From positions 21,650-53,649 of the forward strand of contig JASGLP010000008.1 in the NCBI GenBank assembly GCA_030156895.1: 32,000 nt of DNA. Direction: 5' to 3'. A program made the translations under genes and the position numbers. Under the pieces are notes generated by a model, which made no database searches, was not told the DNA's origin, and saw nothing but the letters and a program-made list of their open reading frames with translations. Shown here one piece after another: positions 9,615-19,048 of the stretch. The DNA comes from Eubacteriaceae bacterium. Its GTDB lineage: Bacteria; Bacillota; Clostridia; Eubacteriales; Eubacteriaceae. The stretch's first letter is position 1. Every line of letters begins with the position of its first letter.

Positions 9615-10427
9615 ATGCCAGAACTACCCGAAGTGGAAACCGTCCGACGAACTTTAAAGAATTTTATTATCGGAAAAAAGATATTCGATATTCAGGTACA
9701 CTATGACAAAATAGTTGAAGGAGACAGTCATCAATTTATCGAGACTTTAAAAGGACAAACCATCCGCGATATCGATCGAGTTGGAAAATACCTGATCTTT
9801 ATCCTGGATAAAGATGCTTTCATCTCCCATTTACGCATGGAAGGCAAGTACAATCTAACCGATGCTTTCAAACCGCTTAATAAACATGAACATGTCAATT
9901 TTATTTTTAGCGATCACTCGGAAATGCGTTATCAGGATACCCGCAAATTCGGTCGACTTAAACTTGCCAGCAAGGATAGCTACCGCCTTGACCTGCCATT
10001 ATCCAAGTTGGGCCCCGAACCATGGAATGCTGATGTTGAGCAAATCTATCAGAGCATTCATAAAAGCCGTCTACCGATAAAAACATTACTGCTGGATCAA
10101 ACTATTCTAGCTGGCATCGGCAATATTTATGCCAATGAAATTTGCTTTCGGACGAAAATAAATCCAACCACTCCGGGTAACCGCATCAGCCGCAAACGGA
10201 TCGCTGAACTAGTTGACATATCATCTCAAATTCTTAGCGAAGCTATCAAACAGGGTGGTACGACTATCCATTCCTTTGATAGCAATGGAATAAGCGGACT
10301 GTTTCAGGTCAATTTGCAGGTCCATCAGCAAAAAAACTGTCCGGCTTGTCAGGGTACAATCATAAAAAAAATGATTAACGGCAGAGGCAGCTATTATTGT
10401 CCGCATTGCCAAAAAAAGAGAAGCTGA
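9615..10427 (+). CDS. mutM: Formamidopyrimidine-DNA glycosylase
   Basis: Canonical N-terminus MPELPEVETVRR, H2TH region, and C-terminal zinc finger CPACQG...YYCPHCQ. RBS AAAGGAG. Confidence 0.95.
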   Translation: MPELPEVETVRRTLKNFIIGKKIFDIQVHYDKIVEGDSHQFIETLKGQTIRDIDRVGKYLIFILDKDAFISHLRMEGKYNLTDAFKPLNKHEHVNFIFSDHSEMRYQDTRKFGRLKLASKDSYRLDLPLSKLGPEPWNADVEQIYQSIHKSRLPIKTLLLDQTILAGIGNIYANEICFRTKINPTTPGNRISRKRIAELVDISSQILSEAIKQGGTTIHSFDSNGISGLFQVNLQVHQQKNCPACQGTIIKKMINGRGSYYCPHCQKKRS

Positions 10428-10462
10428 TTTTCATACCTGATATATCGCTGGTGACACAAAAA

Positions 10463-10506
10463 TCGCGTGGCATGCATTTTGAAAAATACATGCCACGCGA
10501 TTTTTT
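10463..10506. terminator. Bidirectional rho-independent terminator between mutM and the amino-acid ABC operon
   Basis: Perfect 12-bp stem TCGCGTGGCATG / CATGCCACGCGA with a 14-nt loop. T6 follows on the plus strand and an A5 run precedes it (= T-run for the minus strand). Confidence 0.75.
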
Positions 10507-10528
10507 CACATGGTTTAAACTTGGACTT

Positions 10529-11188
10529 CTATCTGGCAATACTGGTTCGTTTCTGATACGTACGAACCACCATCGAAAGACTAAAACAAATCACAAAATA
10601 ACCAACGGCCAAAGTTGCAAATATCAGAAAGACTTCAGCTGTTTGGGTATATCGCCCCATTACAACAAAGCCGCTTCTTGTATACTCGGGTATTGCTACT
10701 ACCTGCAAAAAAGATGTATCTTTAACCGTCGTAATTACCTGCGAAAGTAAAGAAGGAATAATATTTTTAAAACACTGCGGCAGAACAATATAAGCCAGGG
10801 TCTGAATCAATGTAAAGCCCTGAGACTTGGCTGCCTCAAACTGACCATCCGGAATGGAATTAAGACCACCACGGACAATTTCAGCAATAACTGCTGAGGT
10901 ATAGAGAATTAAGGCCAACGCCCCTCGCATAACCACTGTGCCCAAAGGAATCATAAAACAACAAACCAGTATCCACAGTAACAATGGCGTATTTCGAAAC
11001 ATTTCAATGTAGAAACTTGCTACTTTTCCAAAAAAACGTTTCTCATAGCTTCGCAGTAGTCCCAATATTGTTCCAAAAATAACCGAAGTAATGATAATGA
11101 TCACTGACAGCAACAGGGTTAATCCCATACCCTGAGCTAAGAACTGGACGTTTGAAGGCGTAAAGACATTTTGAAATAATTCTAACAT
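10529..11188 (-). CDS. Polar amino-acid ABC transporter permease
   Basis: 219-aa, 5-TM ORF with His/Glu/Gln/Arg-family features (EAAKSQGFT, LPQ). Overlaps the upstream permease gene by 7 nt. Confidence 0.9.
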   Translation of the reverse strand: MLELFQNVFTPSNVQFLAQGMGLTLLLSVIIIITSVIFGTILGLLRSYEKRFFGKVASFYIEMFRNTPLLLWILVCCFMIPLGTVVMRGALALILYTSAVIAEIVRGGLNSIPDGQFEAAKSQGFTLIQTLAYIVLPQCFKNIIPSLLSQVITTVKDTSFLQVVAIPEYTRSGFVVMGRYTQTAEVFLIFATLAVGYFVICFSLSMVVRTYQKRTSIAR

Positions 11189-11904
11189 GTAATTGCCTCC
11201 TCTGCCGCGTCAAAAGGTAAGTGGGTTGAATCGTTTTTCTTGAGCCGTTCTTCGTATTTTCGTGCCCAGGTTGCCAGCGGGAAACAGAGCAAGAAATACA
11301 AAAGGCCGGCAAAAATGTAAGACGGACCGTAATCAAGGCTTGAGGATGCCCAGGAATCTGCCATATACATCAAATCAAAACCAGAAATCATTGCTAACAC
11401 TGACGTGTTTTTAATCAGATTTACCGCCTGATTGGTCAGCGGTGGTAAAATAATTTTAATCGTTTGTGGCAGAATAATATAGCGCATATACTGAACATAG
11501 GTAAAACCCTGAGATTTAGCCGCTTCAACCTGTCCCACCGGAATTGAATGAATACCAGCTTTAACCACCTCGGATACATAGGCGCCATGATAAATGCCTA
11601 CCCCCAAAACGCCAATGGTAAAGACGCTAAGACGCAGGCCGGCAATCGCCAGACCATTATACATAAAGAAAACCTGTATGACCAGAGGTGTGTTTTGGAA
11701 AAATTCGACATAAACCCTTGCGATTCCCCTCAGGATCTTGTTATTTGATGTAGAGATTACACCAAACACAACTCCCAGAACCAGAGCAAGGATAATGGCG
11801 AGGGCTGCGACCTCAATGGTACGCAGAAACCCTTCGCCAAACATTTGCCATTGTCCAAACATCTTCTCCCAGCGCCATAAGGCAAAAGGATTAGAGCTTT
11901 TCAT
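11182..11904 (-). CDS. Polar amino-acid ABC transporter permease
   Basis: 240 aa, EAAKSQGFTYVQ motif. Its start overlaps the stop of the binding-protein gene (TAATG). Confidence 0.9.
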   Translation of the reverse strand: MKSSNPFALWRWEKMFGQWQMFGEGFLRTIEVAALAIILALVLGVVFGVISTSNNKILRGIARVYVEFFQNTPLVIQVFFMYNGLAIAGLRLSVFTIGVLGVGIYHGAYVSEVVKAGIHSIPVGQVEAAKSQGFTYVQYMRYIILPQTIKIILPPLTNQAVNLIKNTSVLAMISGFDLMYMADSWASSSLDYGPSYIFAGLLYFLLCFPLATWARKYEERLKKNDSTHLPFDAAEEAITC

Positions 11905-12722
11905 TAATAATTAAGTCCCCATTTCGTAATCAGTTCTTCAATTGTGCCGTCTTCCAGCCATCCGTTAATGTATCCATCAACAGCTTCAGCAAGAGCAACG
12001 TTATTGAGGTTTGAAGCAACCCCATATTCCTGTGGAGAGAATCGGTCTGGTAGAATCATGGTTGAATCATCAACATATCCACCCAGGATTGATCCATCTA
12101 CACAGAAGGCATCGACTCGACCTGAGTCAAGGGCTGCCTTGATTTCCGGATAAGTCGCATATTCTGAGAAAGTAACGCTTACGCCCAGTTCATCCGCCGC
12201 AGCTTGAACAGCATCTTTAGACGTAGCACTCTGAGCAACTCCAATTACAGCACCGTCCATATCAGCAAGACCTGTGTAGCCAGCGTCTTTTTTAACCAGT
12301 AAGCCAACCGCATCTTCGTAATATGCTGTTGAAAAATTATAGGTTAGTTTTCGTTCTTCCGTAATGGTGAAAGTTGCAATTACTAAATCCAGTTCGCCAT
12401 TATCCAGTAATGGTCCACGTGTTTTTGCGGTTACTGGTGTTAATTCAACGGCGTTTTCATCACCCAGAATTTCTTTAGCCAGCATCTTTGCAATGTCCAC
12501 TTCAAATCCTTCGATTTCACCTGTTTCTGTGTTTCGAAGTCCAAAATTCGGAACATCTTCTTTTACACCAACTCGCAACACACCTGCATCTACAACAGCT
12601 TGTAGGCTGCCATCATCAGCAGTTGCTGTATCATCACTTGAATCAGTAGATGATGACGAACAACCAGCCAAAGTAAATACCAGGCTAAAAACTAACAGAG
12701 CAGAAAGTAATACCTTTTTCAT
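11904..12722 (-). CDS. Amino-acid ABC transporter substrate-binding lipoprotein
   Basis: Signal peptide plus lipobox MKKVLLSALLVFSLVFTLAGCSSS, then a type-3 SBP fold sequence. I prefer ATG 12722 (AGGAGG 9 nt upstream) over the ORF-track start at 12764. Confidence 0.9.
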   Translation of the reverse strand: MKKVLLSALLVFSLVFTLAGCSSSSTDSSDDTATADDGSLQAVVDAGVLRVGVKEDVPNFGLRNTETGEIEGFEVDIAKMLAKEILGDENAVELTPVTAKTRGPLLDNGELDLVIATFTITEERKLTYNFSTAYYEDAVGLLVKKDAGYTGLADMDGAVIGVAQSATSKDAVQAAADELGVSVTFSEYATYPEIKAALDSGRVDAFCVDGSILGGYVDDSTMILPDRFSPQEYGVASNLNNVALAEAVDGYINGWLEDGTIEELITKWGLNY

Positions 12723-12828
12723 AATCATTTTCCTCCTAAGAATTTTATAATCACCAAAAGTCAATCGCAGGGCAAATCAACACTTGAACAAACGACTGTT
12801 TTGCCACTACACAATTTTATTTTGGAAA

Positions 12829-13551
12829 TTAACGCAGGATTTTACTGAGGAAAAGCTTTGTTCTTTCCTCGGTCGGATTTTCAAAGAAATGTTCAGGTTT
12901 CCCTTCTTCAACAATCCTGCCATCATCCATGAAGATGACCCGGTCAGCTACCATTCGGGCAAAACCCATTTCGTGAGTCACCACCACCATGGTAATATTT
13001 TCTTTTGACAGTTTAATCATGACATCCAAAACCTCCTGAACCGTTTCCGGATCAAGTGCTGAGGTTGGTTCGTCAAAAAGAATAATCTTTTGTTCCGTCG
13101 CAAGCGCCCGCGCAATCGCAACACGCTGCTGTTGCCCTCCGGATAAAGTTGTTGGATAGACGTTTTCCTTTTCACTTAAGCCAACAATCGCCAGATATTT
13201 GCGCGCCTTTTTAATCGCTTCCTCTTTGGGAACCTTCTGGAGCTTAATCGGTGCAAGCGTTAGATTTTCCAACACTGTTTTATGCGGATATAGGTTAAAA
13301 CTCTGAAATACCATCGCCGAAGTTCTTCTGATCAGGTCAATTTTATTCTTCTGGGTCAGTTCTTCACCGTCCACAAAGACTTTACCGGAAGTCGGCTCTT
13401 CCAAAAAATTCATACAACGAACCGTTGTACTTTTACCTGAACCCGATGGCCCAATAATAACCAGCTTTTCACCTTCCTTAACCTCTAAATTAATATCCTT
13501 AAGGACATGATGCTCTCCAAAATACTTATTTACATTCTCAAGTTTAATCAA
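12829..13551 (-). CDS. Polar amino-acid ABC transporter ATP-binding protein (GlnQ-like)
   Basis: Walker [47 protein letters not shown] start. Confidence 0.95.
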   Translation of the reverse strand: MIKLENVNKYFGEHHVLKDINLEVKEGEKLVIIGPSGSGKSTTVRCMNFLEEPTSGKVFVDGEELTQKNKIDLIRRTSAMVFQSFNLYPHKTVLENLTLAPIKLQKVPKEEAIKKARKYLAIVGLSEKENVYPTTLSGGQQQRVAIARALATEQKIILFDEPTSALDPETVQEVLDVMIKLSKENITMVVVTHEMGFARMVADRVIFMDDGRIVEEGKPEHFFENPTEERTKLFLSKILR

Positions 13552-13676
13552 TCACTCTTCCCCCAAATCATCTTCGAACGCCCAAAAAAGCTTCCATATA
13601 CATACGTATAAATTGGCGTATACAGAAGCCCCATCGCTTTATCAATTTCGTTAAATTTTCGTTAGACTATACATAA

Positions 13677-13705
13677 ATAATATTATGCCAGCGGCATTTT
13701 GTCAA
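13677..13705 (-). promoter_or_regulatory. Putative sigma-70 promoter of the amino-acid ABC operon
   Basis: Minus strand reads TTGACA-17 nt-TATTAT, ~125 nt upstream of the start at 13551. Confidence 0.55.
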
Positions 13706-13742
13706 TAGCTATTCCGACAAAGACCAAACTGCTGTCAAATAT

Positions 13743-15782
13743 CTAGCTGTTTTTTTCCATCTGTGCTTTTAAGTAATTCGTCATTTCGACATCGCCCAGA
13801 GGTTTGCTAAACAAATACCCCTGAATCCAATCGCACTTCCGCTTATTTAAAAATTCAAACTGTGGAACTTCTTCAACACCTTCTGCCACTACATGAATAT
13901 CAAGATTATGAACCATTTCGATAATACTTCCGACAATCCGTTTGTTTTTTTCCCCCTTCTCCAGAGATTTGATAAAAGAACGATCAATTTTCAATACATC
14001 AATTGGAAGCCGCATTAAATAACTAAGCGATGAATATCCTGTTCCAAAATCATCAAGGGAAATCATCAGACCTAATTTTTTGAGCTCCTGAATAATCATC
14101 GCAGCTCGTTCAATATTTCCCATAAAAACCGATTCGGTAATTTCCAGAGTCAGCTGTCGAGCATTTACTTTTTCTTCTTCAAGAACCTGTCGAACTCTTT
14201 CTAAGAAGTCCCCTCGTTTTATCTGAACAGGCGAAATATTAACGCCAATTCGTATATCTATACCCAGTTCGGTTTTTACAGACTTGATTTTTTTGCATGC
14301 CTGTCGCAACACCCATTCGCCCAAATCACCAATCAAACCAATTTCTTCAGCCATTGGAATAAATTCAGCTGGAGATATCAACCCTCGTTCCGGAACCTGC
14401 CAACGAAGCAAGGCTTCGAAACTGACATTTTTTTGATCCTCAACACTGACAATCGGCTGGTAGACGACAAAAAAGTCATTCTTTTCGAAAGCGCTAATCA
14501 TCTGGTTTTCCAAATCTATTTTGTAGAGCACTTCATTTTTCATTTCCTTCTGATAAAACTGAATGGAATTTTTTCCCAGCTCCTTAGCTTTATACATAGC
14601 AGTATCGGCAGCTTTTAAAAGATCGTTACAGGTCAAGGCGTCTCCCGGCCAGACAGCAATACCGAAACTGGCCGTCATAATTACAGATTTATCTCCAAGT
14701 TTAAAAGGATTTCCCAGCAGACCCAGGAGCTTTTGGGTATACCCCAGTACCTTTTCATCCGAAATCTGGCGACGAATCAAAATGGCCAGTTCATCCCCTC
14801 CTAGTCGCCCCAAAAGATCGCGTTCATCCATTGCAGCTTTCAGTCTGGTTGCTACCTTGATCAGCAAGTCATCACCCGCGCCATGACCCAATGAATCATT
14901 AATTTTTTTGAAATTGTCAAGATCAATAAAAACCAGCGAAAAGTGATTACCATTTTCCTGACTCAAATCAATCAACAATTCGATTTGCTCAAGTATCATT
15001 TTACGGTTGGGTACCCCTGTTAGTGTGTCGGTATAAGCCAAAAACTCGAGTCGTTCCTGATTCGCTTCAATTTCCGTATTGTATTGAAGCAACCGTTCAT
15101 TCTGCACCTTCAGCTGTTGTTGATGCGCGATGACATCTTCATACATCAGATTCAGTGTATCCTTCTGATCAAGTGTTTTCGCATAAATCATAGCCTTTTT
15201 CTGGATAATTTGCCGATAAATTTGATTGCTGACAATGCTGGCTACGATAATACACAAAAAAGCAACGCAAAAACTCAGATAAGAAATAGAGTCGACATGA
15301 ATGACCAATTCTGGATAAAAAGTCAGGCTAATGACGAAAAAAAACAGACTGGCAAAAATCATATAGTAAAACAGTGTTCTCTGAATCATCGTATTCGAAA
15401 AAATAACCATGATTAAAATAATCATCCAAAATAAAAATGTAATCTTTTGAAAATAAACTAGATATACCACGACGAGACTTGCAAACAAAGCTGCACTAAT
15501 CAGATTCATCATTAGCTGTCGCGGCAATTTTTGATGTAAAAGGATAATAATAAAAACCCCTGTGAAAAAAAGTGTGCCTGTGACAGTCATTGCTAAACTC
15601 ATCTTTTCAGCCCAATAGATACCTACGATCACACTCGTTAAAGCGGCTATCATAAGCATGGGTCCAAAAATAACCATCATCAGTTTCGTTTCATTTATTT
15701 TAATTTTTTCAATTGTCTCGGCCTCAGCAATACCATTAAGAATCTTCTTTAATTGTGCCTGAATTATTTTCACAGACATCAC
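13743..15782 (-). CDS. Membrane sensor GGDEF-EAL protein (diguanylate cyclase/c-di-GMP phosphodiesterase)
   Basis: ~190-aa multi-TM N-terminus and a coiled-coil linker. GGDEF domain YTDTLTGVPNR ... LLGRLGGDELAIL. The EAL domain has a full motif set (FEALLRW, EITES, DDFGTGYSSL, KIDRSF, EGVE, QGYLFSKP). Confidence 0.9.
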   Translation of the reverse strand: MMSVKIIQAQLKKILNGIAEAETIEKIKINETKLMMVIFGPMLMIAALTSVIVGIYWAEKMSLAMTVTGTLFFTGVFIIILLHQKLPRQLMMNLISAALFASLVVVYLVYFQKITFLFWMIILIMVIFSNTMIQRTLFYYMIFASLFFFVISLTFYPELVIHVDSISYLSFCVAFLCIIVASIVSNQIYRQIIQKKAMIYAKTLDQKDTLNLMYEDVIAHQQQLKVQNERLLQYNTEIEANQERLEFLAYTDTLTGVPNRKMILEQIELLIDLSQENGNHFSLVFIDLDNFKKINDSLGHGAGDDLLIKVATRLKAAMDERDLLGRLGGDELAILIRRQISDEKVLGYTQKLLGLLGNPFKLGDKSVIMTASFGIAVWPGDALTCNDLLKAADTAMYKAKELGKNSIQFYQKEMKNEVLYKIDLENQMISAFEKNDFFVVYQPIVSVEDQKNVSFEALLRWQVPERGLISPAEFIPMAEEIGLIGDLGEWVLRQACKKIKSVKTELGIDIRIGVNISPVQIKRGDFLERVRQVLEEEKVNARQLTLEITESVFMGNIERAAMIIQELKKLGLMISLDDFGTGYSSLSYLMRLPIDVLKIDRSFIKSLEKGEKNKRIVGSIIEMVHNLDIHVVAEGVEEVPQFEFLNKRKCDWIQGYLFSKPLGDVEMTNYLKAQMEKNS

Positions 15783-15839
15783 CTCTTTTCACTCAATATT
15801 ATATATTATCGGTAACAAAGACATTATCATTAAATTAAT

Positions 15840-15857
15840 TTACTCAACTTTCCCAGC
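15840..15857. repeat. IS terminal inverted repeat (transposase-distal end)
   Basis: TTACTCAACTTTCCCAGC, the exact reverse complement of 17341-17358. Confidence 0.85.
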
Positions 15858-17271
15858 CAAATTGAACAAACAAAGCCTGAACAAAAGAGGCCTGAGCATT
15901 GATCCAATGCATAAGTTGATTTTTTAATAGAGCCGATTTCTTAGAACCAGCTGTTTTTATGTGCTCAACAAATAAGCCCATCAGGCTTTGAAGCGCCGCT
16001 GTCAATGTGATATCTTGAATATCGTCACAAAGACGGAAAAATAATTCACACAAAGTCTTATCATCCTGCTCGTTTCGGCGCATCCATTCAAGTAATATAT
16101 AGCGGATGAAAACAATGGTGGTGTGGCTGATCATCATGTCATAACTTCGTCCCTGAAATTCCGTTCCCAGTTTCATCAGAGCCTTGGAGGATTTGAAGAA
16201 GACTTCAATACTCCAGCGGTTGCCGTAAATGCGGATAATTTCTTCATCCGATAATGACAGATCAGTACTGAGAATGGTCAGCCAGTCACTCTTTTTATTA
16301 CGGTTTCTGACAAAAACGAGTTTAACCGGAATACCATTTTTAGTTTGAACACTGATTGATCCGAACTGATTTCCACCTGAATGTTTAGGCAAAAGCTTTC
16401 GCAGTTGAGGTAGTGTATAAAAATCGTTCTGATAACAGTAGTGCTGTTTTAACTGCTTGACCATCCCAATCACATCAAGGCCTTCATTCAGGATACTTTG
16501 GATCATTGGTTCATGAGTAAACCATGTATCTATCAGGACATAGTTGGCCTGAATACCCTGTTTGAGTGCCCGACTGATCATCTCAACAGCAACATCGTTT
16601 TTCTTTCTGACGGCTTCTTTTCGGCGTTTATAGCCGCTAGTGCGTTTATCAATCGATTCTGTTACCCCCTTGAACCGATTGTTCGGATTTGCCGAGGACA
16701 TCATCGCAAAATCAACCGGAACAAAACTGAAGCCGTCAGACCAGCCCAGTGCCAGCATGGTAAAGCCTTTAATATACCGGTGTTCGGCGTGATCATAGAG
16801 TTTAGCCAGCAGTTCAACCTGTTTGCTCCGATTTCGGCTGATTACTGAATCATCAAGGATCAGAACTTTTACCCGCTCTGCCTGTGTCAATCGGGTAAAG
16901 GCGGCAATGACTCTTGCCGATAGGGATGACAGAAAGCGACGCCAGTTGTAAGTTGCCGTATTCAAAAAACGATAGTAAGTATTTTTCGAAACGGCTTCTT
17001 CACGGTGTTTGGAATCCAGATAACGATACAGATTTTTACCTTGAAAGACCAGTAGCAAAAGAAATTCAAAGACTTCAATGACTCGGACTCCCTGAGCTTT
17101 TCGAATTCCTGACTCTCGCAGAAGAGCCGGTAACCGTAATTCTTTAAATGCTTTCAAAATTTCAATTTCTACCTTTTCAGATGGGCTGTTTTGGTTTATC
17201 ATAATGGTATGCACCTTTCCTGTCTGATTTTTGTTGTTTTGCAATTTCATTATATCAGATGTCAGGTGCAT
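15844..17271 (-). CDS. IS4-family DDE transposase
   Basis: 475-aa maximal ORF. It has the IS4 Y-x2-R-x3-E-x6-K signature (YGNRWSIEVFFKSSK) and candidate DDE aspartates (LILDDS, VLIDTWF). The true start may be ATG 17202 (MINQNSP...). Confidence 0.9.
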   Translation of the reverse strand: MHLTSDIMKLQNNKNQTGKVHTIMINQNSPSEKVEIEILKAFKELRLPALLRESGIRKAQGVRVIEVFEFLLLLVFQGKNLYRYLDSKHREEAVSKNTYYRFLNTATYNWRRFLSSLSARVIAAFTRLTQAERVKVLILDDSVISRNRSKQVELLAKLYDHAEHRYIKGFTMLALGWSDGFSFVPVDFAMMSSANPNNRFKGVTESIDKRTSGYKRRKEAVRKKNDVAVEMISRALKQGIQANYVLIDTWFTHEPMIQSILNEGLDVIGMVKQLKQHYCYQNDFYTLPQLRKLLPKHSGGNQFGSISVQTKNGIPVKLVFVRNRNKKSDWLTILSTDLSLSDEEIIRIYGNRWSIEVFFKSSKALMKLGTEFQGRSYDMMISHTTIVFIRYILLEWMRRNEQDDKTLCELFFRLCDDIQDITLTAALQSLMGLFVEHIKTAGSKKSALLKNQLMHWINAQASFVQALFVQFGWES

Positions 17272-17340
17272 TTTTTTGTCAACTTCTGTTTTTTAGAAGC
17301 GGCGGAGCTTGGTTTGATACCGTCTCAGCTGTATTTTTCA

Positions 17341-17358
17341 GCTGGGAAAGTTGAGTAA
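17341..17358. repeat. IS terminal inverted repeat (transposase-proximal end)
   Basis: GCTGGGAAAGTTGAGTAA, the exact reverse complement of 15840-15857. Confidence 0.85.
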
Positions 17359-17505
17359 TTTAATAATATCCTACTCCGCAATCTTTTAGCAAGATTACTT
17401 TCCAGATTTCAGACATGAGCCACTATTTTTTTAACTATAAACATTAAAATTGCTTAGTAATACAGCCAAATAATTTTAAAGCATCCCACTCACATCGTCT
17501 TACTG

Positions 17506-18630
17506 CTAATTCAGACTGCTTTGAAAGGGAAAATCCGTCGCCCCAGGAGCCGCTGAATTTTTGGCAACAACAATAATCTGAATGCCTTCCAGCCTTAAAC
17601 CCATGCCTTCAGTTCCCGCATCGGCTCCGTTTTTAGCCCAGTCCAGCCAGCCGAAATTCTGGGCATGTACCCGGTAGTAAACATCATATAGATTTCCGTC
17701 CAGACCATCCAATTCAATGCGTATTCCTTCCAGGCGTAAAGATTGCCCCGTTGTCCCACTTAAAGCTCCATCGCTGACCATTGCCTGCCATCCAATATTT
17801 TGAATATGGGTCTGATACTGAATCACCGCATTGACCTCGCTGTTGTCAATTAGTATTTTAATCCCCTCAAGTCTGAGACCCTGACCAAATGTGCCACTGA
17901 TTTCGCCGTTTTCACGAGCTGTTTGCCAGCCCACATTCTGCACATGTGTTGAATAATAAACATCGACATAGGAAGGCGGCAAAGCCACAAAAGGCCGTGA
18001 ATTGGCATAGGCATAGCTTTCAGCTGTCGAACCCGTAGAGCCATAAATGGTTAAATTCGGAATTGTTCCAAAAACCTGGGCACCGATATTCACCGAATTG
18101 CCAAGAATTGTAATTTTTGTCAGCCCTATACAGTTGCTGAAAGCGGCATAACCAATCGTTGTCACACTCGATGGAATAATGATGCTTTTTAAAGCCTGTG
18201 CTCCCCAAAACGACCCATTTCCAATTGTAGTCAGCCCATTTCCCAGAAACACTGATTTAAGATTGGGACAATTATAAAAGGATCGCATTCCCAGATTTGT
18301 TACCGTCCTCGGTACATTTACACCCGTCAATATGCTGTTACCATTAAAGGCGTCGTTGCCAATTTCCAACACCGTTATACCATCAAGACTGGTCGGAATA
18401 TCGATATTTTTGCCGCTGCCGATGTAGGCTGTGATTTTTATTCCGCCACTGATATCTTCATACCAGTAATCACCGGACTGAACACTGTTGGCCGTAATCA
18501 AATTCAAATCGGCATTGCCAATCTTCGTGGTCTCCTGATGATCAATTTCTTGAGCTAATACAACTGACGATGAAAGCATTAAACAAACGCAAATTATAAC
18601 GTTTATCATCTGATTTTTTTTGCTTCTCAT
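17506..18630 (-). CDS. Secreted protein with BspA-type leucine-rich repeats and three C-terminal ChW repeats
   Basis: Signal peptide MRSKKNQMINVIICVCLMLSSSVVLAQE. LRR_5-like repeats (IGNDAFNGN..., MRSFYNCPNLKSV, IGYAAFSNC...). Three ~45-aa repeats follow, of the form Y.THVQN.GWQ...NG..SGT.GQ.LRLEGI.I. Confidence 0.8.
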   Translation of the reverse strand: MRSKKNQMINVIICVCLMLSSSVVLAQEIDHQETTKIGNADLNLITANSVQSGDYWYEDISGGIKITAYIGSGKNIDIPTSLDGITVLEIGNDAFNGNSILTGVNVPRTVTNLGMRSFYNCPNLKSVFLGNGLTTIGNGSFWGAQALKSIIIPSSVTTIGYAAFSNCIGLTKITILGNSVNIGAQVFGTIPNLTIYGSTGSTAESYAYANSRPFVALPPSYVDVYYSTHVQNVGWQTARENGEISGTFGQGLRLEGIKILIDNSEVNAVIQYQTHIQNIGWQAMVSDGALSGTTGQSLRLEGIRIELDGLDGNLYDVYYRVHAQNFGWLDWAKNGADAGTEGMGLRLEGIQIIVVAKNSAAPGATDFPFQSSLN

Positions 18631-18943
18631 CTTAACTTTACCTCTCTACATTAATTGCTTAAAATCTTAATGACGAATGCAGCTACTATATTCTCAAGTT
18701 TTACCCTAATTCAGAACTTTTAATCGTTTTCAACCACTGAAGGACGATACTTCAGCTCAATTTACAATAAAAATAAATAAACCTGTTTATTTATTTTTAC
18801 CATGCAACGGAACAACTATCAGCTTCTGATCTCCAGACAATTCATATTGATTATTTGACTTGACAAAGAACTTATTGCTATGGGACTATCTCATTTAAAA
18901 TTAGTATCAATGAAAATTTTGACAGTTACTTAGTAAATAATGA

Positions 18944-18981
18944 CAAAAACCCTGGCCAGCAAAGATTTGCTGCCAGGGTTT
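18944..18981 (-). terminator. Rho-independent terminator of the radical SAM/TetR operon
   Basis: Minus strand: AACCCTGGCAGCAAA / TTTGCTGG(C)CAGGGTT stem (one bulged C) followed by TTTTTG, 68 nt after the TetR stop. Confidence 0.7.
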
Positions 18982-19048
18982 CGCTAAATAGTAATTGCAT
19001 CTTCGACATTAATACTCAAATTCTAATCTTAGTTTTTTCTTTTGCAAA

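Larger units (their letters stand above)
15840..17358 (-). mobile_element. Complete IS4-family insertion sequence (~1.5 kb)
   Basis: A single DDE transposase ORF bounded by perfect 18-bp terminal inverted repeats TTACTCAACTTTCCCAGC (15840-15857) and GCTGGGAAAGTTGAGTAA (17341-17358). The transposase stop lies inside the left IR. Confidence 0.85.

Noticed and set aside
10397-10750. 117-aa plus-strand ORF downstream of mutM.
   Set aside because: It runs through the strong bidirectional terminator and then antisense into the ABC permease gene. No RBS.
15832-15841. Target-site duplication for the IS element (compare 17357-17361).
   Set aside because: Both flanks are AT-rich. Only a 5-nt AATTT is shared, and it overlaps the ends of the IRs. 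I cannot define a TSD confidently without an empty-site comparison.
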